A stretch of 64,000 bases of DNA from Octopus vulgaris (taxonomy: Eukaryota). Made by a program: the position numbers and the translations under genes. The notes beneath the pieces are model-generated. The model ran no database searches, was not told the origin of the DNA, and saw only the letters and a list, made by a program, of their open reading frames with translations. This document shows positions 12,030 through 25,492 of this stretch, piece after piece; positions within the stretch are counted from its first letter, which is position 1, and the number at the start of each line of letters is the position of its first letter. The stretch is from the NCBI GenBank assembly GCA_951406725.2, contig OX597828.1, positions 13,764,001 to 13,828,000 of the forward strand, given 5' to 3'.

Positions 12030-13620
12030 TCGAACTGTATTGTATATTTTGTGACAACGTCATGTCGCATATGGATGTAGTACCTTGATGACATTTTTGA
12101 GTAGTTGCTATTAGCATATGTGTGATGTCTTCCACAAAAATATGGCATAATCTACACTTACAGTTGCATCTTGGAGCTCCAAGAAAGTTTCACTGTCTCT
12201 TTTGTTGATCAGGAATTTAATAGCAATCTCCTTCTTTTGGATTGCAGATGCATAGCCTTCGAAGCGTGATGTGATGTAACGGTCACGAGTCTAAGAGAGG
12301 CTTCGCTTCATGTTAATGTTACTATCTTCTTCCAGTCTACGAGAAACATATTCATGTATGTTTTTTTTTGGTACGCTGAGCATTTTACTTCCAGGCCTTC
12401 TTTGAGGTATACCAGTCCAGCTGATTTGGGGTTGTGTGGGAGGTCATCAAGAAGAGAATATTTCCCGAGGAGCTCACTTCCAGCACAAAGGAACAAGTTG
12501 ACGTAACTGAGGCCCATCTTTGTGCCCATGGCTTCACCAGTTGTTGGAGTCATTAAGGAAAGCGGAATAATTTCGATTGAAGACGTATTTAACAAGACGG
12601 AGAAGTGTAGAGGGGCTGGTTCAAGTGTGGAGTAGCAAAGGGCTTGATTAAGGCCCGTAAAAGCCTTAAACACTTCTCTTCACTTTTCAGCACTAAGTTA
12701 ATATATTTATTTTTGCTAGCAAGCGCTGCCTGGGTGAGACCATACGACATTCGAATGCTGTCTGCTCTGATCTTAAGCTCCTATCATCTTTATCTCTTCT
12801 TAGGGAGAACCTGTCGATATCACTATTTTTGTGGAAATTTCCAGTTAATGTCAGAATCTTGCAGGTTTTAATGTCTATGGAGTGGATTTCCTCTACAAAC
12901 CAGCTAAGTATCCCAAATGTTGGAATCAGCACTGGTACTGCAAATGCATTTTAGTATATTGTCTTGTTATAAGAGGAGAGTTCGATCTGCCGTAGTCTTG
13001 TGTTATATTCTCGGGCCACTCTATCTTTATTCACAATACCTTAGTATGATATATTTTCATCAATGCCAAGGTACTTATAGCATTCTTTGTGTGGGACAGG
13101 AGAAATAATGAGACCATCGGTGCTCATGTTTTGTGTCTGGGCGACTAATTTTCCCCGTTCAAAACAATTAAATAAGAACTTTTCCTCTGACCAAATTACA
13201 TTCCTATGTCAGCTGAAAATGTTATTAATTCGAGTTGTTTTGTTTTTTTTTGGTATTGTTAACATTTTTAACATAAACCTTAAAATCGTCCACAAAGAAA
13301 TAATGGATTACATTAATATCTCTTGCAGTTTCAAACCCGAGCATGTAACCGTTTTGTTGTTGTTGCAGGAATGACAATGGGTTTAACACAAAAATGAACA
13401 GAATATTCCCTTTGAAATATTTATGGCATTGGAGACGATCGTTTCACTCTCTGTTCTAAGTGTGAGGATTGTGGCTCAGATCTTTGTGAGTCTCTCAACA
13501 GCAGAAATTAAGGTAGCAGGTCCTTTTGCCATGAGTAGGGAAATAGAATCAAATGCCTTCCTATAATCAAGCCATACTATAGTAAGGCTCCAACCGTTTT
13601 TTTTTCTTTATCTCAGTTAG
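12030..13620 (-). mobile_element. Decayed R4/Dong-like RLE non-LTR retrotransposon
   Basis: Minus-strand remnants IVWLDYRKAFDS (~13545-13585), FEGYASAIQ (~12240-12265), CRLC..VEDITH and MRHDVV (CCHC/RHD, ~12050-12155); interrupted by the PLE fragment. Confidence 0.7.
12380..12675 (-). mobile_element. Second copy of PLE RT motif-B fragment
   Basis: GEAMGTKMGLSYVNLF in ORF 12308-12673; 12483-12675 is nearly identical to 10185-10376. Confidence 0.75.
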
Positions 13621-13815
13621 TACAGCTTTGTTTGTCAGTAGTTATTCGGCACATCTCCACGCTCCCTTCTTTCCACTGGCTTGCTCATCAGTCACTGTGT
13701 TGTTGCACTCTCAATGACCGTGGAGGAATTGAATGTATGTATGTATGCGTGTGTGTGTGTATGTATGTATGTATGTATGTATGTATGTATGTATGTATGT
13801 ATGTATGTATGTATG

Positions 13816-14350
13816 TCAGGTCACTTTCGAGTGCTACTGGTAACCTGTTGCATGGTCGGGTCGTTGGCGACTAAACCGGCAACCCCACCAAGCTCGCTTG
13901 GTGAGGAGGATGTTTATTGGACACCCTGCGGGATGAAAAACAAAACCCGTCAAAGGGCGGAGGAACTCTTGAGAGTCAACGGCCATCCAATAAATGTCTT
14001 AAGGCTGTATCATGCGCGGGGACATAGAAATAATCGGACTGAATACCCGATCGCGCGGTTAAACCATTGGGAGTGAAGGACTCCTAGCCTTTGTTAGGGC
14101 ATCCTTGTAGGAGAAGGTAACTCAGGTAACTGGGATAACTCCGACATAAATCCGATGGCTCAGTGGTTACCGATGATGTTGACTTGTTCTTCTTTTCGGA
14201 TTATGGCTGCTGTTGCTTAGTGAGTGGGATTGACTCAGTGTACAGCCTTTCCTCACTTTAAAAAAAATCTTCTTGCACAGGCATTGCACAATAACAACAT
14301 TGATTAAGCTTCGTGCAATGGCCATACTCGATAACGAGGGGTCAGCCACC
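13816..14350 (+). mobile_element. Non-coding retroposon-like element flanked by (TATG)n; resembles RTE 5'UTR
   Basis: GC-richer island; shares ordered motifs (gagtgct.ctg.taac, ggtgaggagg, aaaaacaa, cgga.gaac, tttgtta) with ~18630-19380, which is split by a SINE. The RTE assignment is inference. Confidence 0.5.
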
Positions 14351-16080
14351 ATGTATGTATGTATGTATGTATGTATGTATGTATGTATGTATGTATGTAT
14401 GTATGTATGTATGTATGTATGTATGTTCAGCTTTATTTCAAGATTTCTTGCCAACAGAGAAAGACCTGGTTTCTAACCTAGATTCAAGGCTTCTTGGAAT
14501 TTCAACATCAGCAACAGAGTATTTTCGTTTGTATGTATGTATGTATGTATGTATGTATGTATGTATGTATGTATGTATGCATGCATTCATGTATTTATAT
14601 ATGCACGTGTGTATGTATTTGTGTTTGCGTCTGTCCCTTCACCACAGTTTGACAACCAGTGTTGTTATTCTTTTACCCTTTTACTTGTTTCAATAATTTG
14701 ACTGTAGCCATGCTGGAGCACCGCCTTATAATATGCTTACGTTCCTGTAACGTAGCGGTTTGGCCAAAGAAACCGATAGAATAATTACCAGACTTGAAAC
14801 ATAAATACTGAGGGAGATTTCAGTGATGTCAGAACGATGGATAAAATACGTCGCAGTAGTTTTCCCGACTCTCTGAAATCCATGATCATATCTCACTGAG
14901 GTCAACTCCGACATTTATTCTTTCGGAGTCGACGAAAACGTACCAATTTAGGGTTTTGGACAATGGGAATCTTAAAAGTTTGGAAAGATGCCTTCGATAT
15001 TTGTTCCGGCTCTTTGCGTTCTGACTGTAATACTCGCTATGACACAGGTGCAAAGTTGTATCGGTCCAAGACGGTGGTCTTTCCCTTGGATAAACTCCAG
15101 TGGCACAGAGAAGGAAGATTTAAATGCAAAGGTAACTGCCAGCCTTCCTCAAAATGTCTTGCCCATCTCTGCGCAAACACGTGGTAACGCATAGTCAACC
15201 TCAAGTGACGTTGGTCTCCTACACCGAAGTCTTACAAAATGTCTGGAAAAGTGAGAACTCAAATGGTGGATGAATCTATAGAGATAAAAGACAGCCAGAT
15301 TTGTCTGTCATCTGTTAAACGCTTTTAAGAATTGGCGATACGCATCCATAAACCTTAATGGATCTCTGGATCATACTGGTAAACTTCGTCTTTAATCAAT
15401 ATTATTAAAATATTTGTTAGTGTTGTTCAATACTAGTCTTGAAGGTGTTTTTATGTAGCTTAGTCAGATAAGGACGATCAGTGTCCATGGCCTTCTTAAC
15501 TTACGGAGATTGGGAAGAAGAAGATATTAGAGACCTGATTTCAATGTTTGTAATTAGAGCCACCTATTCAGTTTGTGGTGTCCTAAAAACAAATAGTGCA
15601 TAATGCTAAGTCTAATACTCTAGAACATATACGACCTATCAAACTAGCTTCAGCACATTTTGTCCTCGACCTTATTTCACTCTCAATGCATGGATCAATC
15701 CGCGATAATAATGGAAGACACTTACCCAAAGTGTCGTGCAAAGGAATCGAACTTGGGAATCACATGATTGTAGAGCAATTTTACTAACCACACTGCTATG
15801 CCTGTATTTTCTGAAGTAGATTCCATTAAGCGCTCAAGCAATTATCCCAATTGATTTTATATTTGTTCTGAATATTAATTTCATTTTTAACGATGCAATT
15901 TATTTTCGGTTTAAAATTTCAAATTTAATAAAACCGACTGACATGTTTATAAAACATTTAAATTGTGTAGGAGGTTCTTAAATGGGAATAAAGAAGGGCT
16001 TTAATGAAATTGAGATGTCTAAATGTGACAGAGGAATCTGAAATTGAAATCACTCTCCAGTAGAAATTGAATTTCAAGGA

Positions 16081-16249
16081 TTCTTCTTCTTCTTCTTCTT
16101 CTTCTTCTTCTTCTTCCCCTCCTCCTCCTCCTCCTCCTCCTCCTCTACTTCTTCTCCCCCTCCTCCTCTACTTCTTCTCTCCCCCTCCTCCTCCTCTACT
16201 TCTTCTTCCCCCCTCCACTTCTCCTTCTTCTTCTTCCCCCTCCTCCTCC

Positions 16250-16280
<31 letters not shown>

Positions 16281-16378
16281 CTTCTTCTTCTTCTTCTTCT
16301 TCTTCTTCTTCTTCTTCTTCTTCTTCTTCTTCTTCTTCTTCTTCTTCTTCTTCTTCTTCTTCTTCTTCTTCTTCTTCT
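16081..16378. repeat. (CTT)n/(CCT)n microsatellite
   Basis: Direct reading. Many other (TATG)n, (TA)n, (TG)n, (AAT)n, (GATA)n and (CTA)n tracts occur across the window. Confidence 0.95.
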
Positions 16379-16714
16379 TGTGTTGTCCATAATGCTTTTT
16401 ATGTCAAACCTTAGTGGTTAATAAAAAATCATCATCATCATCATTATTATTATTATTATTATTATTATTGTTGTTGTTGTTGTTGTTGTTGTTGTTATTA
16501 AGGCGGTGAGCTGGCAGAATCGTTAACACGCCAGGCAAAATGCTTAGCGGTATTTCGTCTGCCGTTACGTTCTGAGTTCAAATTCCGCTGGAGTCGACTT
16601 TGCCTTTCATCCTTTCGGGGTCCGATTAAATAAGTACCAGTTACGCACTGGGGTCGATGTAATCAACTTAATCCCTCTCCCTAAATTAGAGACCTTGTGC
16701 TTCCAGTAGAAAGG

Positions 16715-16777
<63 letters not shown>

Positions 16778-17330
16778 GAGTGAGAGAGCAGTGCATGCCA
16801 TGAAAGTGACACTGGAGTAAAATATACGAAGCCCAGTATACCCATCATGACTACCCGTCTGATAAGGGTACACCAGGCACATGCATCACAACCATCTGTG
16901 CACGACATGTTGATCTCATATCAAGACAAACAGCGCATGACCTTGCAGGTGGGGCCCAGTTAGAATTTTCTTCTGGTCGAGTAACCTATTCCGCTCAAAA
17001 GGTTGAATAAGGGTTGTTTAAAGATGTTGAACGAAACATCCATGTTTCCAGAGGTGAATTGTTCAAACCCCAAAGAATTCCTCTCAACACATGGCTATGA
17101 TGCTCCCCCACTACTTCTGCTCGTGATCTGAGATGCACATATCGTCAGCAACTAAGGGTCATGGTCAACTGGTTATGGTCAAACAACTGACAAGCAAATC
17201 TGAGGTATTGAGCAGAATATTTGCTGTAGCCCATCTTTTATACCAAGACAAAACAATGTACATGATAACACTTCCAATCAGTTAAGATCAGAAGCCACGA
17301 GAGCCACTGCCTGGTACTGCATTAGGGCAT
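16778..17330 (-). mobile_element. ~550-bp non-coding element embedded in (AAT)n, longest copy
   Basis: Flanked on both sides by (ATT)n; homologous to 32638-32867 and 62721-63207, with an identical 3' end ...ctctcactc(aat)n. Confidence 0.8.
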
Positions 17331-17352
17331 TTATTATTATTATTATTATTAA

Positions 17353-17434
<82 letters not shown>

Positions 17435-18294
17435 TAATTGAATTTCGGATTTCAGTTACAGTTATAAATGTCAAACTGTAATGCCAAAACATCGGCGCTG
17501 AATCGGTAGAGTGGTCAAATAGAATGCCTTGTGATATTTGTTATGGTTCACTGTGCTCTGAATTGAAATCCTTACTCTTAGGTCAACTTCGTCAATCAAC
17601 CGTTTGGGGTCGATAAATAAAGTATCAGTCCCATGTGATGAACTGGGTAGGTTGTTAAAGCACATAGGAGCAATTTTGAGGGAAGCGGAAAAGGGGTGTA
17701 ATCGATTACACCGACCCTAGTATTCGACTGGTACTTCATTTTATCGACCGCGAAAAGATGAAAGGCAAACACCTCGGCAGAATTTGAACTCCGAACGTGA
17801 AATGCAGGAAGAAATGCCGCTGAGCATTTTGTCCGACGCGCTAACGATTCTGCCCACTCGCTGCCTCATAACACAAATTTAGTTAATAAACAGGCGTGGC
17901 TAAGTGGTAAAGAGCTTGCTTCCCGACCACAAAGTTACGAGATCAAATCAATTGCGAGGCATCTTGAGCAAATGCCTTTTACCATATCTCCAGTCCGGCC
18001 GACCGATGCCTTGTGAGTGGATTTTAGTAGACAGAAACTGAAAGAAGCCCCCTCGTATTTACACACACACACGCGCGCGTGCACACACACACGCACGCGC
18101 ACAGACACACACACGCGAGTACACACACACACACACACACTCACACGTGGATACACACACACTCACACTCACACGCGATACACACAAATACACACACTCA
18201 CACGTGGATACACACACACACACACACTCGCACGTGGATACACACACACACGCACGCACGCACACACACATACATACATACATACATACATACA

Positions 18295-18326
<32 letters not shown>

Positions 18327-18861
18327 AGTCTGTGTGTGTCTGTGTTTGTGTTTGTCTTTTACCACTGCATGACAATCGGTACTAGTTTGTTTACGTCCCC
18401 GTAACTTAGTGACACAGCAAAAAAAAAAAGCACCAGGTTTTAAAAGAAAATAAGGACTGGGGTTGATTAATCGCAGGCGATGCTCCAGCATAGCCGTAGT
18501 CCAATGACTGAAGCTAGTAAAAGATAAACATGGTTTTCTATATTTTTGTTCTTGACCTTACACTTTTAAAACGGTTCATTTTTTCAGACTTTCCATGTAA
18601 AGTGTCCGGTTATTCGTAAGGTTTTTCATGAGTGCTGCTGATAACATGGAATCCAGTACAACCCATCTCGTTTCATGTTACACCCGGCCTAGGTTTACGT
18701 GGTGAGGAGGGTGGCTAGAAATCCAGCAGGTTTAAAAACAAGGACTGTCAAAAAGACGGATGAACCTAGTGTAGGCTCAGCAACAGCATGAGCCCTCGGA
18801 AATTCCGGGTTAGTGTCCAGCATGTTGGAAGAATACTGGGAATGAAGTACCATTCAGCTTT

Positions 18862-19093
18862 TACTCTTACTCTTTTACTTGTTTCAGTCATGTAACTGTG
18901 GCCATGCTGGAGCACCGCCTTTAGTCGAGCAAATCGACCCCGGGACTTATTCTTTGTAAGCCTAGTACTTATTCTATCGGTCCCTTTCACCGAAACTCTA
19001 AGTTGCGGGTACATAAACACACCACCATCGGTTGTCAAGCGATGTTGGGGAGACAAACACAGACACACAAACATATACACACGCACATACATG

Positions 19094-19136
<43 letters not shown>

Positions 19137-19302
19137 ATATACGACGGACGTCTTTCAGTTTCCGTCTACCAAATCCACTCACAAGGCTTTGGTCGGCCCG
19201 AGGCTATAGTAGAAGACACTTGCCCAAGGTGCCACACAGTGGGACTGAACCCGGAATCATGAGGTTCGTAAGCAAGCTACTTACCACACAGCCACTCCTA
19301 TG
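18862..19302 (-). mobile_element. SINE family A
   Basis: Full-length reverse copy. Confidence 0.88.
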
Positions 19303-19611
19303 CCTATCCTTTTGTTAAAGAATATCTCTAGAACCCATTTCAAACTCAGGCTACGTCTGCTCCGATAACCGGTGGTAACTTGGTCAGTGAATCCTCTGCG
19401 ATGGTCGACAATCGACGGCAAGATGAACTGCTACAGAGGACACTATTCCAAAGCGTCTATGCATGTGACCGGGGACCACACGTAAATGTATAGTCCCACT
19501 GAAACTCCGAACATGACCTGTAGGAAGCTGGAACCGGCTCGACTCACCCTGGCTGAATGCAGCTCCGCAAACACAAGTACATGTAAAGTGTGTAGTGACG
19601 CCAGGTCCCAG

Positions 19612-19696
19612 ACGCCATTTTGGGATTTTCATCTGCGCATGCGCAAGTATCAGTCTTCCGGAAGGCCCGCCGGAAGTCCCTCATGCGCATGCGCAG
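19612..19696. promoter_or_regulatory. Cluster of YY1, NRF1 and ETS motifs
   Basis: CGCCATTTTG at 19613-19622, TGCGCATGCGCA at 19634-19645 and 19684-19695, CTTCCGGAAG at 19655-19664, CCGGAAGT at 19670-19677; CpG-rich. Confidence 0.6.
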
Positions 19697-21659
19697 TCAT
19701 CATCAGCAGCTAGGCTTGACCAGACAGGACGCGACTAAGACCAGCTCCGTGGAGCTGGCATTCTGATGCGAGCGACGTTGCGAGTCTGTGAAAATGCCTT
19801 CGTATTTTGTGTCTAACTACTAACCCTGCTGCTTCCGGCCCGCCGTCCAGGCAACCGATGTCCAGAGATGAAAATGTTTATTTCGGTGAAATAAATTATT
19901 ATTGTTATTTGTTCGGGGATTCTTGTTCCCGCTATTTTCCTTTCTACAACTATGTAAAGAAATGTGAGGCACCCAACAAGTGCCAACATCAATCACATCC
20001 TACAAGTGTCTTTTTTTGGTCTCCAGCGTCCCACAATCAAAATGTTAAAAAAGCTCCTGCCATAAGTAATAATTCGTTTAGCATATGACCAAATCCAGCA
20101 CTAATCTGAGTTATGGTACATGCCAATAAGATTGACGGTAATTTTTTTCCCTATTTCTTTGTGCTGGAAAGTATATAGTTGATCAGATTGATTGAAAGAA
20201 ACTTTTATCGATATCAGTACTCTGTTTCGCGTATGACTCCATTTAACTTTTAGCCGGGCGTAGATGAATGTAATTCTCTGTAATTCGAAGCTTAAATACA
20301 ATAATAAGGTATTTTGTTCGACGCATCGATTTTGTACCCCCGCCTCTTCATACACCAAGTTACCACACAGTTTCTACCAGCTAAATTTGACTCGTCATAA
20401 GGCACTAGTCAACTCAAAATCTATGTTAGAAAACGCTTGCTCAATGAACCTTGCAATTCCATCGAACACCAGAATCACTATCGATATCGGGAGAATATAA
20501 GACAACGTCGATTCCAATGGAATCGGCATTTATACCGCCAGGCATTAAGTCTGAGAACCTTCAGATTGCATTGCTCCACCACAACTACTACCACCACAAC
20601 CATACGCTTACATCATTAATAAATAGTATAGCAAATGCATGATTACACTTTCTCTGTTCGAAGATCCATTTGCACGCAATAGTTTTCATCACCGCCCGTG
20701 TACTTAGTGGAACTCTCGTGATTTAAAAGAAATTATATTAAACGTTGATTTGACTCAATGCTGTTATTATCGCATTCCGTGCAGTTTCGAATATTTTCAC
20801 GATATTCCACCGTTCAGAGATGGATATTCATCCTGATTAATTCATTCTTGTGCCTGAGAATAATGGTATTATCGAAGTGAAATTCATTTGTTTGTTCGAA
20901 GGAGAAAGGAACAGAACATGAGTATAAGCATGGCTTTATGCGATTAAGAAGTTCAAGTGTTTTCGTGTTCAATCCCACCACATGGTTCATTGAGCAAATT
21001 TCTCTTAGCATAGCCTCAAGTTGGCCAATGCACTGTGAGTGAAATTTGGTTGGAAGAAAATTGTGTGGAAATTCGTTGTATGTGTGTCAGTGTAAAATCG
21101 ATGCAACGAACAAAATAGTTTATGGTATTTAAGCATTCAGTTATGAACAGTTACGTCCCCTTACTCCCAGCCAAAAGCTAAACACAGTCTTAAGATGGAC
21201 AGAGATAAACTAGGTAGCTGAGTAAAGTATTGAAGAGAGGTGCCCCAGAATGGCCTCAGTCTAATGACTGAATCCTGTAAAAGAATCTGTATGTATGTAT
21301 GTATGTATGTATGTATGTATGTATGTATGTATGTATGTATGTATGTATGTATGTATGTATGTCTTGCTTTTTATTTGTCATTTGGTAGGCTGTCCAGAAA
21401 TCTCCTCCTTATCAAATAGGTTTGATGGGGTTACCAGTTTCGACACCGATGACCCACCCATGCAAAAGGTTGTGTTAGATTACTTGTTAGTAGTTGCACC
21501 CAAGAGTGATTTGATACATACATGTAAGCATACATACATACAGAGGGGCAAAGGCAGGTATCATCGTAGAGGTCAGCTGCCCTGCAGATATAAATATCTT
21601 TTTGAAAATCAAAGAAAAAGAGGATATCTATAGACAACTGCTTCGAAACCTCCAGTTTC

Positions 21660-21878
21660 TTATTTCTTTACTGCACACAGAGAGGACAAACAAGGACAGA
21701 CAAACGGATTAAGTCGATTATATCGACCCCAGTGGGTAACAGGTACTTAATTTATCTACCCCCAAAGGATGAAAGGCAAAGTCGACCTCGGCAGAATTTG
21801 AACTCAGAACGTAGCGGCAGACGAAATACTGCTAAGCATTTCGCCCGGCGTGCTAACGTTTCTGCCAGCTCGCCGCCT
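21660..21878 (-). mobile_element. SINE family B with ~20-bp target site duplication
   Basis: cttcgaaacctc(c/t)agtttct at ~21641 and ~21877 flanks the element. Confidence 0.88.
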
Positions 21879-23864
21879 TCGAAACCTCTAGTTTCTATAT
21901 CCAGACTATGAATTCATATTCATACCAACAATAATTGGAGCACAAGGTTTTGTTAATAAATGCTTAAAGGAGAATCTGGATAAACTGAGATTTTCAGAAA
22001 GAGTAACTGACTGGCTAATTTGTACACTACAAGTGCAATCTGTGAGTGGAACAGTAAAAATATGCAAGTTCCAAATATGAATTTGTCTGTGCTAACTACA
22101 TCCCAAAGATGGAGTCTTGTATCTTTGCTGGAAAGCGGCTTCCTCCTCACTGGGAGATTTATGATAATTAAAAAATGGAAGAGACATACATACATACATA
22201 CATACATACATACATACATACATACATACATACATACATACATACATACATACATGCATGCATACATACATACATACATACATACATACATGCATACATA
22301 CATACATACATACATACATACATACATACATACATACATACATACATACATGATGATTGCTTTATCAGATGACAGCTTCTGATTTACTCTCATCCCTGTA
22401 TGTGCGCTGATATGTCTTTCGTCGTTACGCATCAAACGCCATAAGACTTTATAAAATACAAAATGGCCGACTAAATGAAATGATAGCGTGATAGCTGTAC
22501 GTCGTTGGGTTTCAGTGACAAAAGCTTGTATAATAGTTTTGCCGCCCTCTCGGTTACTATCGTAGGCTCCAATGACAAGCTTTGCAAGATGATAACAAGT
22601 TTTATGTGAGAGTAACTTCTAGAATAGTCGCCTTCCCAATGGCTTTGTTAAAAATAACAGGAGCCTCCTCTACCTCTGGCAAATCTATTTAATTCAAAGA
22701 TGTGACCCTGACTGGTCAGAACGAACCTGGGAGTAATGGTAATTAAAAGGTGACTCCACGCTCCCCACAACACTAGAACTCTCGAACTAGAGCCTCACTG
22801 TCGGAAGCAATTTAATGTCATACCCAGGATATACATGCATGCTTAATTACACACACACACATATACACACACATACATACATAGGTACGTACATGCGTAC
22901 ATACACACATACATACATACATACATACATACATACATACATACATACATACATACATACATACATACATACCCTGTTGTTGAATTTCCAATGAAGGAGC
23001 CTTGGATCCAGTTTAGAAACCGGCTTTCTCTCTATTGGCAAGAAATCTTGAAATAAACTGAATAATGACATGCATCCATACATACGACCGTACGTGCATG
23101 CATGCATGCATACATACATACATACATACATACATACATACATACATACATACATACATACATACATGCATGCATGCATGCATGCATACATGTATACATA
23201 ACTTTCCCGACGTTTAGCATTTAAATATATATATATACGCATGTTTAAACATGCCAGTATATGCATGCGGATGCATGAAACAAAACATAAAAATCTGCAG
23301 ATGCACTGACTCCAAATATTGCATGCAAACACGCAAACATGCACAAATATCCAGTTGATGTTGTTGAAATTCCTATGAAGGAGCTTTGGATCTTGGTTAG
23401 AAACCGACTCTATCTCTATTGGTAAGAAATCTTGAGTCAAAACTGAATAATAACATACGTATTTAATAGGTTTGCATTTCAGTGGGTTTTAGCCATTAAT
23501 TCATCCTTGGTCGTATTCGATATTAGACAAACTGCATGTGAAGGCAAGAATAAATATCTTTTTCAATAGTTTCCTATTTTTCTTTATATTACTCGGAATA
23601 TATGTATTTACATATGCACAACAATTTATTTGAATAAAACAGAAAGCACGAGAGAGTAAGTATAATAGTAACCAATCTTCATTGCATAAATTATTTTATA
23701 TTATTTACTTATTTACATATATATGCATTTATATACGATTTATATATGTATATATTCATGCACATATACAGGAATATGTTTGTATGTGTGTGTATATATA
23801 TATATATATACATGTATCCATATCTATATCTCTATTCTATATATTTATGTCTGTATCTCTCTCT

Positions 23865-23921
<57 letters not shown>

Positions 23922-23952
23922 CATATATACACACACACACGCATATATATAT

Positions 23953-24075
<123 letters not shown>

Positions 24076-24783
24076 GGTATATATGCATACGTATATGAAT
24101 ATACATATATGTACTCACTCACACACTCACGCACACAAATGGCGCTTGTGTGCGTGTGTATATGTATATCCAGTTTCCGCGCGCGCGCGCTTGTTTGTAT
24201 TCAACATCAGCGTCTAATCCTAAGAGACAACATACAATTGTTCAAGGAGGCGTGTCATCGTTTGCCGTTAATATTGTTATTTTCCATTTCAGCAAACAGT
24301 TCAGCTGAATGAATCAAAGCGTGAATGTTCCACGTACATTATCCACAAACCGTTCAGTTTTCAGACGTCAAGTGAAGTGGCGCGTGCTAAAAGCAAGCTC
24401 AAGTGTTTTGTCCCATTCTCTCCGCTAAGTTATTTCGTCGCCTCTTGCTTGTTCTCTCAGATGTACAATAAGTATAAATAAACAGTGATAGAGCACATCT
24501 TCGTTGTTTGCAATGACCTTCACTGTTGCTTGTTATATTACATAGATGGCCGGGATTTTTTTTTAATTATACAACGTAAAGACACAGGTAAAGAGAATGA
24601 GAGACAAAAGAAGGCAAGAGAAATATGATGGCATATATACACTCACTTACACAAACACGAATGCACAAACAAATTTATTGATTTTGAAAGACCTTCTCGG
24701 CCTCATCTGCCGAACGAAGTGTCTATATTGGCGCATTGTAACCGCATTTTTGTAGTAAACAGCAAAGGATCACAAGAATAATA

Positions 24784-25155
24784 TCTCTCTATATATAAAC
24801 GGCAGTTTGTCTGTGTGTGTTTCTGTGTGTCTGTTAGGTTGTACCCTCACCCTGACCACGGCTTTCAACCGATTCTGATGAAACTTGACACACACATAGC
24901 CCAATGTCATAATTCAAAACTAACGCAGCGAAAATTTTGAAAAGTTCCCCCAGTTCTGAAAAAAATCTATAAATTCGATATGGGGTCGAGAATCAGAAAC
25001 ACAAACCACAGACTGTCTAGGGGACGCAGCTCGACCTTTTTAACTAAAAAAAAATTTACCATAATTTTTTTTTCCATTTTTTGGCTATAACTCTCTAAAA
25101 ATGCTTTATAGTTATTTCCCTTACAAACCCGAGCAACGCCGGGCGATACTGCTAG
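24784..25155 (+). mobile_element. Non-autonomous Helitron
   Basis: A|TCTCTCTATATATAAA start, subterminal hairpin cccgagcaacgccggg, CTAG|T end, no TSD. Confidence 0.85.
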
Positions 25156-25492
25156 TAACTTATAAAAGAAGCATCACCGGATACATGCATGCATACATTC
25201 ATACATACATATATACACCTCACTCTCTCTCTCTCTGGCTGTGTGGTAAGTAGCTTGCTTACGAACCACATTGTTCCGGGTTCAGTCCCACTGCGTGGCA
25301 CCTTCGGTAAGTGTTTTCTACTATAGCCTCGGACTGACCAAAGCCTTGGAATCGATTTTTGTAATTTTTTCAAGACTTATACCCGCCCTGATATCGTCGG
25401 TATCAACATATCAAATTTGAGCGCAATCGGATGGAGGATGCCCGAGATCCTAGAAGACACACAGACAGACAGAACAGATTTTATATAATAGA

